This document shows, one piece after another, positions 49,451 to 58,853 of a stretch of DNA of 64,000 nucleotides. This stretch comes from a virus: positions 64,001 to 128,000 of IMG/VR virus record IMGVR_UViG_3300042301_004349; one strand, given 5' to 3'. Under the pieces are notes generated by a model. It was not told where the DNA came from and ran no database searches. It worked only from the letters and a program-made list of their open reading frames with translations. The position numbers and the translations under genes are program-made. Position 1 is the stretch's first letter, and every line of letters starts with the position of its first letter.

Positions 49451-51046
49451 TTAAACTGTTTCTAAACCGTGTACAATCACTTTACCATAGAATTCAGGAC
49501 GAACCATTTTCTTAGCGTAACGAGTCATCAAACCTTTACGTGGAGTAAATGTTGTTGGATCGTATACTAATGGAGTCATCATTACTGGGATATATGGAGC
49601 GAATACAGCACCTGTTTCCAAGAACTGAGCACCTTTGTAACCCATCAAGATGATGTTTTCAGTGAAGTAAGGGTTTTTGTAAACTTTGTAACGGCTGTTT
49701 AAAGAACCGATCTTTTGGATACCGAAGTTGAATTCAGCTTTATCACCATCACCATCAGAAGCAAATCCTGGGATTGATTCTAAGATAGTAGCTACAGTTG
49801 GAGATACTACTAAGAAGTTAGCACCACCACGTAATGTTAATTGGTGAATCTTGTTAGAAACTTTCTGTAATTTAGTTCCTAAAGTTTGGAACCAACCACC
49901 TTGAGTGTTGAAGAAAGTGTTTGTTAAAGCAGCGAAAGAGCTACCGTTCCAAGCCACGTTGTTCTGAGCTGACCAATATTCAGTTGTAGAAGTTGGTACG
50001 TTCTTAATCAACATTTCTAAGATTTCTAAATCGATTTCCATAGAGATGTACTGGCTCATTAAGCTAGTTAATTCAGCTTCAGCATCGATTGAATGGTAAG
50101 CATTCAAATCCTGAGCGAATTCTGGAGTCCATTGTGCTTTTAACTTACGAGTCTTAGCAACAACTGCTTCAGACTTCATGTTAACATCCAATGAAGGGAT
50201 AACGATTTGAGAAGCGCTATTAGCGTTAGGAACGCTATAATCAGCTCTATCTTCGAAATCACCACGAGCGTTATCACGGTTAGCTTTGTTGAAGAACAAT
50301 ACTACGTTTTCTTTAGCACCACCGTCTACTACGTAAACGATATCGCTACCTACAACTTTAGTGTACTGAGGTAATACTTTAGATTCGTCAGCAGTAGAAC
50401 CACTAATGAAAGTACCACGAACAGCTTCAACATCTAAATCTGTAATACCAGCAGCACCAGTAACAGTTACTTTTTTCAAAGTAGTTAAAGATACTGTTGT
50501 ATCATAATTAACATCAGCTAAAGTAGCAGAAGCAGTAGCAACTGAAGCAGAAGCAAATGATTGAGAGAATTGGTTGATTGAATAACCAAATTTACCAACA
50601 CCATACAAACCTTTTGCTGTATCAGTTGATTTTAAATCAGTAGAAGCACCATATAAAGATCCTTCAAATGCTTTCTTATCTGTACCATATTTGAAGTCAA
50701 GATAGAAAATAAGACCTGAAGGTAAGCTCATAGATTGAACTGAAACGAATTCTTTAGCGCTGATATCACCGAATACACGACGAACTAACGGTAAAGCAAC
50801 TCCAGCCCAGTTCTCACCGAAACCAGCACCGAAAGTAGCTGCACCACCACCTAAACCAGTGTTGTTGCTTTCTACTACTAATTGCTTAGCTTGGTTTTCT
50901 AACAAGATAGCCATGTTGTTCTTCTCGATTTCATTCTTAAGACCTTCTAAAAGGCCAGACTTAGTCCACTTAGAAACTAAGGTATTAGCTGTATCCATTA
51001 CACGAGCGTAAGGATTAGCTGATTCTAATAATTGTTGAATTTCCAT
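49451..51046 (-). CDS. gp23: major capsid protein (T4 gp23-like)
   Basis: LLENQ, PLVRR, VSVQ.M..PSGLIFY, AKTRKLKAQWT.E.AQDL, EAEL, APYIP, FTPRKGLMTRY motifs. Confidence 0.95.
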   Translation of the reverse strand: MEIQQLLESANPYARVMDTANTLVSKWTKSGLLEGLKNEIEKNNMAILLENQAKQLVVESNNTGLGGGAATFGAGFGENWAGVALPLVRRVFGDISAKEFVSVQSMSLPSGLIFYLDFKYGTDKKAFEGSLYGASTDLKSTDTAKGLYGVGKFGYSINQFSQSFASASVATASATLADVNYDTTVSLTTLKKVTVTGAAGITDLDVEAVRGTFISGSTADESKVLPQYTKVVGSDIVYVVDGGAKENVVLFFNKANRDNARGDFEDRADYSVPNANSASQIVIPSLDVNMKSEAVVAKTRKLKAQWTPEFAQDLNAYHSIDAEAELTSLMSQYISMEIDLEILEMLIKNVPTSTTEYWSAQNNVAWNGSSFAALTNTFFNTQGGWFQTLGTKLQKVSNKIHQLTLRGGANFLVVSPTVATILESIPGFASDGDGDKAEFNFGIQKIGSLNSRYKVYKNPYFTENIILMGYKGAQFLETGAVFAPYIPVMMTPLVYDPTTFTPRKGLMTRYAKKMVRPEFYGKVIVHGLETV

Positions 51047-51072
51047 TTTTAAATGAATTTTTGTTTTTAATT

Positions 51073-52224
51073 TTAATACTTTGTTATACCTGCTAACTTT
51101 TGGAATCTAGAAATTTGTTCGTTTGTTTCAACGATTTGTTTGCTAGGTGAATTGCCAGCTGGTTTTGAAGCGAATCCTTTAATGATTCCTTCTTTTACCA
51201 TACCTTTTGAAGTTTCTTTAGCTTCTAAAGACTCGTTAAGAGCTTCAAATACTAATTTAGCTTCGTTTGGTGTAGTTGCTTTGTCAAAAGCGTTAATTAC
51301 TTTAATTTTGTTGTCTTCAGATAAATTTTTAGCTTTGAAAATCTTGTTAACATACAATAACTTAGCGTTCAATAAGTTAACTTCATTCAATTCATTACGT
51401 AAAGTTTTGATTGTAGCAACTGCTTCATCCAATTCTTTTTCGTCTTTTTTAGCTTTCTTAGCTTCATCTACTACATCTTCATTTGCTTCGTTTGTATCTA
51501 AAGCATCTAATTCAGCTAATAGTTCTTCTAAGTTGATTTCGTCTTCTGCCATTTCTGGTTCAGCACCATCCATTTCAACTTCATCATCCATCATTTCTTC
51601 TTCACCTTCAGCTTCGCCGCCTTCTAATTCAGAATCTACGATGTCTTTGATAATGTCTTTTAAATCTTCGATGGTTAAATCAGCTACTGACATTTCTTCT
51701 TCAGGCATTTCTTCAGTCTCTTCTTCAGTTTCTTCTTGACCTTCGTTTCTGGCACTGAAATCAGATCCAGAATGTGTACCCATTTTTGAGGTACCAGCAG
51801 CTGCTAATTTTTCTAATTCAGCATACGCTTTCTTAGCCATAGGTCCACCTTTTTTAATAAGAGATTTAATACCGTTGATGATAACTTCTAAACCAGCACC
51901 GGCTGCATTAGATGGATCATATCCACCACTTGCTCCAGTTACTTCGTCAATCTCTTCATCAGAACCTTCTTCAAGTTCTAATTCAGCTAAAAACTCGTCT
52001 AAATTCAACTCTTCTTCCATGTTTTCTTCATAGGAAGGAGCTACTTCATCGATTTCTTCTTTACCTTCGTCATCTTTTGCCATTTCTTCTAACTTAGAAG
52101 CTAACATAGACTGTAGATGAGGAGTTAAAGTTTCTTCAAGAGCAGCTTTTGCATTAACTAACGCAGCTTCGCGAATAGTTTTTGCTTCAGCAATTGCTTG
52201 CTTAAATAATTCTTTGTTTGTCAT
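51073..52224 (-). CDS. prohead scaffold/core protein (gp22-like)
   Basis: Highly acidic coiled-coil protein between protease and capsid genes; many (I/L)xE sites. Confidence 0.75.
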   Translation of the reverse strand: MTNKELFKQAIAEAKTIREAALVNAKAALEETLTPHLQSMLASKLEEMAKDDEGKEEIDEVAPSYEENMEEELNLDEFLAELELEEGSDEEIDEVTGASGGYDPSNAAGAGLEVIINGIKSLIKKGGPMAKKAYAELEKLAAAGTSKMGTHSGSDFSARNEGQEETEEETEEMPEEEMSVADLTIEDLKDIIKDIVDSELEGGEAEGEEEMMDDEVEMDGAEPEMAEDEINLEELLAELDALDTNEANEDVVDEAKKAKKDEKELDEAVATIKTLRNELNEVNLLNAKLLYVNKIFKAKNLSEDNKIKVINAFDKATTPNEAKLVFEALNESLEAKETSKGMVKEGIIKGFASKPAGNSPSKQIVETNEQISRFQKLAGITKY

Positions 52225-52303
52225 TTGTCCTTAAATTTTTTTCGGAAATAAGCTTATTAGAGGGGAAGCTTAATAGAGGGTTGTATAATACCTGAACTAC
52301 AAT

Positions 52304-52335
52304 AAAAAATGGGTAGTCCATTTTAGGCTACCCAT
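52304..52335 (-). terminator. terminator-like hairpin overlapping the ATATTTAT motif
   Basis: ATGGGTAG-CCTAAAATGGA-CTACCCAT then TTTTT. Confidence 0.65.
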
Positions 52336-52367
52336 AAATATATGTAGATACGAAAAACCGTGAACTG

Positions 52368-52976
52368 CTAGCAAAGAGGGCAAACGCCTGTTTGGTTGCA
52401 AATAATTTCTGTGATTAATCCGCTTACTTTACTATAATCTTTACTAACTTGTGTTGTTTTACCTTCAGATAATGACATGTAAGCACCAGGTGTTGAAGGT
52501 ACTGATACTAGATCCCAACATAATAGTTCGAAATCGTCTTGTACTTCTACTGTTTCACCCAATTGCTTAACACTACCCATACCACGAGATGAAATACCTA
52601 ATGGAATGCCTGCTAATACAATTTCTTGTGCGATTTTACCTGATGGGGTGTTTAGTAATTCTAATTCACCCATAACATCGTTACCTTCCCACCACACTTT
52701 AGTAATGATGTGAGAAACGTTATTTAAATTAATAATTGATGATTCTGGGTGGTCTAATTCACCTGTTGCTGTTCTAGTAGCTACCGGCCCTTTAGTATAC
52801 ATTTCCACTTGCTTTCTAAGAATATTCATAGGGTAAACACGTCCATTGCCGTTTTTAACTTCGGCTTCTTGTAATTTACCTTTGATACGCATTCTACTAC
52901 CATTCATTTCTTTACCTTCAGATAAAGTAAGTTTGGCTACGTGGAATGGTGTATGGTCTACTAATAGTTGTTTCAT
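52368..52976 (-). CDS. gp21: prohead core protease (T4 gp21-like)
   Basis: KNGNGRVYP, GELDHP, TPSG, GISSRGMGS, DLVSVPSTPGA. Confidence 0.93.
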   Translation of the reverse strand: MKQLLVDHTPFHVAKLTLSEGKEMNGSRMRIKGKLQEAEVKNGNGRVYPMNILRKQVEMYTKGPVATRTATGELDHPESSIINLNNVSHIITKVWWEGNDVMGELELLNTPSGKIAQEIVLAGIPLGISSRGMGSVKQLGETVEVQDDFELLCWDLVSVPSTPGAYMSLSEGKTTQVSKDYSKVSGLITEIICNQTGVCPLC

Positions 52977-52978
52977 AT

Positions 52979-54076
52979 TTATTTACTATTTTCTTCTGCT
53001 AGTACTTCACGTACAATATTTTCTAATGTTGCTTTAAATTTATCAAAAGCAGCACCCACATCTACTTTACCAATTGGTCTTAATGGAGTTAAAATATAAG
53101 CAGTTGTTGGTAATCTATCATCATGTTCTTCTACATCTTCTTCAACATTAAATTGTAATTTGAATTTTTCTAAAAGAGTTGATGGTAATTTTGCCCAATA
53201 ACTATATCTTAATACGGCTCTATTATTATCTGTACCAATATTTTGTAAAACAAATTTATCTGAGAATGGTTTTAGAGTGTCATTCATTTCAATGAATTTA
53301 GCTGCTTGTTTTACAGTGTCATTTGGTTCTTCACCAGGAAACATATTTAATTTAGTTTCTTGAAGATTATTTACAAAATCTCTACCTACATAATAGCTAT
53401 CACCTTTTACTCTAATATAACCACCTTGAATAATTGGATTTTTTTCAATTTTTGCAGTTCCATATTCTTTTTCACGTGGGATTCTTGAACCAGCACCACT
53501 TTGTCTATATCTAGAATTAGGAATAATTACATAATCAATTTCAAAATATTCAGGAGTATTATCAATTACTTTAAATTCAATTGAAGATCCAGTATCACCC
53601 ATATTCTGTCCAGTACCACCAAATACTTTATTGGCCCAGTCTAAATTTTCTTTAACAACCTTCATACCATTTTCTTTATCAACTAATTCACCTTTCTTTG
53701 GTGATTTAGGAGATTTAGTTTTAGCTTTCGCTTTTGGTCTTTCTTGATGAGAATCAATACCAGATAATTTCAATTGACTATAGTATGATGGATTTTCTTT
53801 TAAATGATCCATAGCAATTTTTTCTGCTTTTTTAGGATCATCTGTATGTTCCATTTCAACTTTAATACCCATTGCTAATTCAACTGGATTGCACTGGTAT
53901 TCTTGTTTTTTAACTTCAGATAAAATTCCTTTATTTTTTAGAATTTTAACTGAGTCATCAAATGATGTTATATTGTTAATGTATTGAGGAAAAGTCATAC
54001 GAATAGCTCTCATGAAGTTAGCTTGAGATAAATTTCCTTCTAATAATTGGGTGTATTGATTTTGTATACTTTTCAT
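52979..54076 (-). CDS. head-region protein with a DUF5661-like domain
   Basis: ELAMGIKVEMEHTDD..AEKIAMDHLKENPSYYSQL; C-terminal LENIVREVLAEE. Confidence 0.7.
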   Translation of the reverse strand: MKSIQNQYTQLLEGNLSQANFMRAIRMTFPQYINNITSFDDSVKILKNKGILSEVKKQEYQCNPVELAMGIKVEMEHTDDPKKAEKIAMDHLKENPSYYSQLKLSGIDSHQERPKAKAKTKSPKSPKKGELVDKENGMKVVKENLDWANKVFGGTGQNMGDTGSSIEFKVIDNTPEYFEIDYVIIPNSRYRQSGAGSRIPREKEYGTAKIEKNPIIQGGYIRVKGDSYYVGRDFVNNLQETKLNMFPGEEPNDTVKQAAKFIEMNDTLKPFSDKFVLQNIGTDNNRAVLRYSYWAKLPSTLLEKFKLQFNVEEDVEEHDDRLPTTAYILTPLRPIGKVDVGAAFDKFKATLENIVREVLAEENSK

Positions 54077-54089
54077 ATGTGTTTATATT

Positions 54090-54218
54090 TTATCTACCTT
54101 GTCCTCTATATTTTTTTGGTTTTTGTTCTGTTGGGCCATAACCTTTTTTTGCTTTACCCGTTGTTTTTTTACCAAATGAAATCTTTTGAGAAGAAGATGA
54201 TGATTTTGCCTTTGCCAT
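54090..54218 (-). CDS. 42-aa highly basic protein ending KKYRGQGR; not in ORF track
   Basis: Hand translation MAKAKSSSSSQKISFGKKTTGKAKKGYGPTEQKPKKYRGQGR*; TAATG coupling with the upstream stop; fills the gap. Confidence 0.8.
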   Translation of the reverse strand: MAKAKSSSSSQKISFGKKTTGKAKKGYGPTEQKPKKYRGQGR

Positions 54219-55378
54219 TATTGGTTTAAGTTTTTAATTTTGTTATTAAGTTGATTAACCATTTCTGAGATATTAGCAACATTCTTTTGGGTTGCTTTCC
54301 AATATTTAATTCCTTCTTCCCCTTCACTTAATTCTTGTTTCATACGAGATGTATATTCAACAATACGATCAATTTCAGCTAATTTACGTTTTACTTCACG
54401 GATAGCTTTATGTAATTGTTCAGATTTAGTTCTATATGTTACTTCTTTTTTGAACTTACCATAGGATACTTCATTAAGTACTCCTTGTTCAATAATATCG
54501 TTTAATTTCATTTCGTATATTTTTTTATAATCAAACATTTTTGAGTTTTTTGGTAGTGTTAAATCTGCTACTGTCCAACCCATTTTCTTTAAAAATTTTA
54601 CTGCTCTATTTTCACCTTTTTTCTTCCCAAAAGCACGAGGTGTAGCATAATTTTCACCTGATCCTGCACTAAAAGAAGCACCACTACCAGTTACATTTTC
54701 CTCGTTCATTATTTCACGAGCGTATGCTTTAATAGCTGATTTTAATGCTGCTCTTTTTTCTTCATCTAGTCCTTCTCTTCTTATTAAATTTATATTTTGT
54801 GTAAAAAGTTGGGTATGAGATTTAAATATATCAATAGTTGATTTCATTACTTTATAAAGTATTTCAACCCCTTTGATAATTGGTTGTATCCATCCTAAAT
54901 AAGAACTCCAATCTGTAAAGGTAGAAATAAGCTTGTCTAACCCTGCTTCAGATATATATTTTTTAATAAAATCTTCAATTGAAGTTGGTATAACACTACG
55001 CATCTTATCTATCACATATGTAGCAATAGATGCAATTCCTGTAGCTGCTAAAAGTTTCTTCCACCCTTCAAGACTAGTAATTCGAGCTACTATATCATTG
55101 ATAGAAGTAACTAAATTATTTAATCCTTTTTCATTTAAAAAGTTTGTTAAGAGTCTTAATGTGCCTGTTCTAAATCTATACCAAATATCATCTGCAAAAC
55201 GATGTAATATTCTTGAATTTTGGATTACCTGCCACATAACAGCAGCAGCATCTTTCCAATCATTAATTTTAGTAATTACATCATCATATTTGTCTTGAGC
55301 ATATGCTTTCACACTATCCAAGAATGCTTCTTGTAATAGTTGTTCTTGTAAAAGTTTATTTTCTATGCTCAATTCCAT
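54218..55378 (-). CDS. multi-module head-region protein
   Basis: 386-aa ORF; helical N-terminal domain, YATPRAFG module, internal MKLNDII..LNE module. Confidence 0.75.
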   Translation of the reverse strand: MELSIENKLLQEQLLQEAFLDSVKAYAQDKYDDVITKINDWKDAAAVMWQVIQNSRILHRFADDIWYRFRTGTLRLLTNFLNEKGLNNLVTSINDIVARITSLEGWKKLLAATGIASIATYVIDKMRSVIPTSIEDFIKKYISEAGLDKLISTFTDWSSYLGWIQPIIKGVEILYKVMKSTIDIFKSHTQLFTQNINLIRREGLDEEKRAALKSAIKAYAREIMNEENVTGSGASFSAGSGENYATPRAFGKKKGENRAVKFLKKMGWTVADLTLPKNSKMFDYKKIYEMKLNDIIEQGVLNEVSYGKFKKEVTYRTKSEQLHKAIREVKRKLAEIDRIVEYTSRMKQELSEGEEGIKYWKATQKNVANISEMVNQLNNKIKNLNQ

Positions 55379-56070
55379 TATTTGTATCCTAACTTAGTTA
55401 ATACTTTTTCAACTTCGCTACGTACAGTAGATTTACTAATTTTACCTGGTTCAAATCCTAAAGTTTTAAACCAAGCTTCAAAAGCTCCAGGAAATTCCTG
55501 AATGCTGTTAATATTTTTGGATTTATTAGCTACAGTAGTTGCAGATGATTGAGCTCTATTTAAAGCAGCAACATCTGAAGGTATGTTAGATGATTTTTCA
55601 GGAGCTGTTGCTTCTTCATTTAAATTCTTACCTAACTCATCTACTATTTGATAAACAATAGATTGTTGTGCTTTTAAATATCCTGCTTCTGCTTCAACAG
55701 CCTCATCATATCCTCTATATGTGCTTCCCTCTTGTCTACCTATAATAAGAGAAAGACCATTTGGTTGAATACTAATAGTGCTTTGAGTACTGTTTTTATC
55801 AGCTGTATTTACTCCTTTTGATAATGAACTGTTTCTATTACCAGCAAATTCTTTTGCTAATTCTACTAATGCTTTAGCTTCTTCAGTAGAAAGAGTTACT
55901 TCATTCTCACTCCAACCACCACCTAATACACTAAGGGTTATTTGATTATTACCCTCTTTACTAGTACCTTTTTGAATATTTAAAGTATCAACAGCTTCGT
56001 CTAGTTTAGATTCAGTTATTAAACCAGCTAATTGCTGCATTCTTCTAATTTCGTTAATTTGTGTTTTCAT
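55378..56070 (-). CDS. candidate internal head protein
   Basis: N-terminus INEIRRMQQLAGLITE resembles the scaffold C-terminus. Confidence 0.75.
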   Translation of the reverse strand: MKTQINEIRRMQQLAGLITESKLDEAVDTLNIQKGTSKEGNNQITLSVLGGGWSENEVTLSTEEAKALVELAKEFAGNRNSSLSKGVNTADKNSTQSTISIQPNGLSLIIGRQEGSTYRGYDEAVEAEAGYLKAQQSIVYQIVDELGKNLNEEATAPEKSSNIPSDVAALNRAQSSATTVANKSKNINSIQEFPGAFEAWFKTLGFEPGKISKSTVRSEVEKVLTKLGYK

Positions 56071-56071
56071 T

Positions 56072-56926
56072 TTATTTAACAGATTTTAATTCGGCTACTA
56101 ATTGATGATAAGTTAAAAGTGTAATGATGTCTTCATCTTTTACACTTTGATTTTTGTCTAAAGGTTTAATTAAATTAACTACTTCATTGATTTTAATCTT
56201 GATAGTATTATCTTCAACCTTTTCAACTAATTTAATTAATTGTTTTTTAATTCCGTCTATGTTGTTATTAACAAAATCTTTTAATTTTGTAGTACTAGAC
56301 ACGTTATTGATAAATTCTTTTAGTACTAATTTTTGATCATTAGTTAAATCGCCATATTTCTCATTGAATTTTTCAATAAGCATTTTGTAAGCTAAAATAC
56401 GAGTGCTCTTATCCATTGCACTATATTCTTCCATTACACGGTCCTTAACTTCTTCTTTATTTATCTCTTTACGAGTAATATGCTCAAGTAAAGTTACTTT
56501 ATTATCAATAACATTAGCTGGGTCTACAAATTCTAATGTAGAATAAGCTTCCATTAGTGTATAAACAGCAGCGTGTTGTTTGTAGTTATTTACTTTTGCT
56601 TTGAAGAATTCTTCTAAATTATAGTGTGACTTAATTTCTTTAATTAAGTTATACTTTTCTTTACGAAGAGCCGTACGATTTAAACGGGAATGAATTTCTA
56701 AGGTAGTATTAATTAGCGATTCAGCTTTACCTTCAGAAATAGCTTTATTAGCAGTTAATGTTTGGTATAATTTATATTCCTTAGCTAATTCAGATTTGCT
56801 AAAATACTTTTTAATTAATGGTAAAGATGCGGAATCCTTACCAGAAATAGTGTCGGATGTTACTTGTCTCAATAAGAGTTCAAATAAAATTCCAGTATTT
56901 TTGTATTTGTTATGTTTTATTTTCAT
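56072..56926 (-). CDS. helical head-region protein following portal
   Basis: 284-aa ORF MKIKHNKYKNTGILFELL..., own ATATTTAT motif. Confidence 0.75.
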   Translation of the reverse strand: MKIKHNKYKNTGILFELLLRQVTSDTISGKDSASLPLIKKYFSKSELAKEYKLYQTLTANKAISEGKAESLINTTLEIHSRLNRTALRKEKYNLIKEIKSHYNLEEFFKAKVNNYKQHAAVYTLMEAYSTLEFVDPANVIDNKVTLLEHITRKEINKEEVKDRVMEEYSAMDKSTRILAYKMLIEKFNEKYGDLTNDQKLVLKEFINNVSSTTKLKDFVNNNIDGIKKQLIKLVEKVEDNTIKIKINEVVNLIKPLDKNQSVKDEDIITLLTYHQLVAELKSVK

Positions 56927-56957
56927 AAAAAGTATATAATCACTGCGTATAAATATG

Positions 56958-58820
56958 TTATTTTTCTATACCCTTGATGTTATCTTCATTTAATAAATTA
57001 GATTCTACAGGTTTTGTATTCTCGTATAATGTTATCTTTTTCTGTTCAGCAGCTTCTTTAGCTTTTTTCAATTCAGATAATGCTAGTGGTGAACCACCCT
57101 TATACGCTGTTTGCATTGGGTTTTTATCCTGGTTAGCAGTCATATTGTATTCCTTACTACCAATTGGGTCTTTACCAAATGAACTTTTCTGAGTGCCGAA
57201 TATAGATGCTTTTTGTGTTGGGCGACCAACTGGATCTTTTTCATCATATCCTATTGGTACAGCACCTTGTCCACTTCTACCCTTACCATATAGTGAAGCT
57301 AAGTCATGTGGTGTACCGAATGATCTACCTGTTTTAGCTGGGTCATTACCTTCATTTTCAACTTGTTGAAGTCTAAATGCACGTTTTTTATCCTCTAATA
57401 CTAAATCACGATATTCATCTATTTGATCATCACTAAATTGGAATATTCTATCGTATATAAAATCAGATGGGATAATACCTGTATCAAGAGCATCTTTAGC
57501 TAATGATACTTTTTCCTTCCACATTGCTACCTGTTCTTGTTGGTAGATGATTGAAGGAGGTGTTAATGATAATTCAAAGCTTGTTAATGAATCACCATCA
57601 AATCCTTGTGTATATAAGTGTACTAATGCAATTTTATGCAATTCAGATACAATTACTTTTTGGATACGTTCAATTGTACGAGCAAATCGAATATCTTCAG
57701 CAGCTAATGTAGCCTTACCAGTTAAATCTTTTTCAAATCCAAAGAATGCTTTAGGTACCTTAAGAGCAGCTAACATTTCATCACGTAAGAAGTTTACATC
57801 CTCAATACCGTTGTATTCTAAACCTTTTAAGGTATCAATTTTAGTATTTTGGTTTGCACCCCTAACTGGTATAATAAAATCTTCAAGTGAATTTTGAATA
57901 TTGAAACGTAAATTATATTCACCTGTTTGAGCATCCATGAATGGAGTCTTCTTCATTTTATTGGTGATACGCTCCATGTAGTTATCAACTTCATGAGCTG
58001 GTATTCCACCTACGTCTACATAAAAAATACGTTTTTCTGGAGATCTCATAATACGATGTATTAACATCGCATCTTTCATTAATGTATATTGCTTGTAAAC
58101 CTTACGAGCTGGTTCAATAAATGAACGTCCATAAGGAAGATAATTAGCATCAGCATATAATCTAAAGTGAGCAACTTCATAGTTTTCAAAGCGCTTCTTC
58201 ATATTACTTTTATCCATATGAAGCGTACTTGCTAATGCATTTGGATCATATTCATAATAAACCTCAAATGGGTTTTCAGGATTTAAACCTTCTCTTCTAG
58301 CTAACTCATATGATGATAAAGGCATAACATTATATACCCCCATTTCACTATTAATTTCTAAGAATAAGTAAAAATCACCGTATTTACACATTTGGCGAGT
58401 CCAGGGCCAAAGATTAAATTCGATATTTAATATATCATAAAATAAATTATAAAGTACTCTTTGTACTTTTTCATCTGAAGAACGTATTTGTAATACTTCT
58501 CCAGCTTCATTTTTTAATGTAGTTTCATCAGCAACAATATCAAGAGCAGAAGCAATAATCGATTCTGAATCCATTGCTTCGTAATCATTGTATAATTGTG
58601 TTCTTAATGTCTGATAGTTAATAGCAGGATTGAACATAGCTGACATGCTAGTTCTATGTAAACGTGTAAAACGGTCTACTAAGCTATTTGTTTGTACACT
58701 TCCATAGGCTTGAACACGATCCGTGTCTACCACTTTTAATTGATTTCCACCAATGTTTCTTACGATAACATCAGTTGAAAATAATCTTCTTAGCCTTGAA
58801 AATAAATCTGTATTAGCCAT
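56958..58820 (-). CDS. gp20: portal protein (T4 gp20-like)
   Basis: ALDIVADE, KYGD, DAMLIHRIMRSPEKRIFYVDVG, EDFIIPVRG, IEDV..L...ALKVP, EDIRFARTI.RIQ. Confidence 0.93.
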   Translation of the reverse strand: MANTDLFSRLRRLFSTDVIVRNIGGNQLKVVDTDRVQAYGSVQTNSLVDRFTRLHRTSMSAMFNPAINYQTLRTQLYNDYEAMDSESIIASALDIVADETTLKNEAGEVLQIRSSDEKVQRVLYNLFYDILNIEFNLWPWTRQMCKYGDFYLFLEINSEMGVYNVMPLSSYELARREGLNPENPFEVYYEYDPNALASTLHMDKSNMKKRFENYEVAHFRLYADANYLPYGRSFIEPARKVYKQYTLMKDAMLIHRIMRSPEKRIFYVDVGGIPAHEVDNYMERITNKMKKTPFMDAQTGEYNLRFNIQNSLEDFIIPVRGANQNTKIDTLKGLEYNGIEDVNFLRDEMLAALKVPKAFFGFEKDLTGKATLAAEDIRFARTIERIQKVIVSELHKIALVHLYTQGFDGDSLTSFELSLTPPSIIYQQEQVAMWKEKVSLAKDALDTGIIPSDFIYDRIFQFSDDQIDEYRDLVLEDKKRAFRLQQVENEGNDPAKTGRSFGTPHDLASLYGKGRSGQGAVPIGYDEKDPVGRPTQKASIFGTQKSSFGKDPIGSKEYNMTANQDKNPMQTAYKGGSPLALSELKKAKEAAEQKKITLYENTKPVESNLLNEDNIKGIEK

Positions 58821-58853
58821 TTGCTTATTTTAGTATGTATAATAATAAATATT

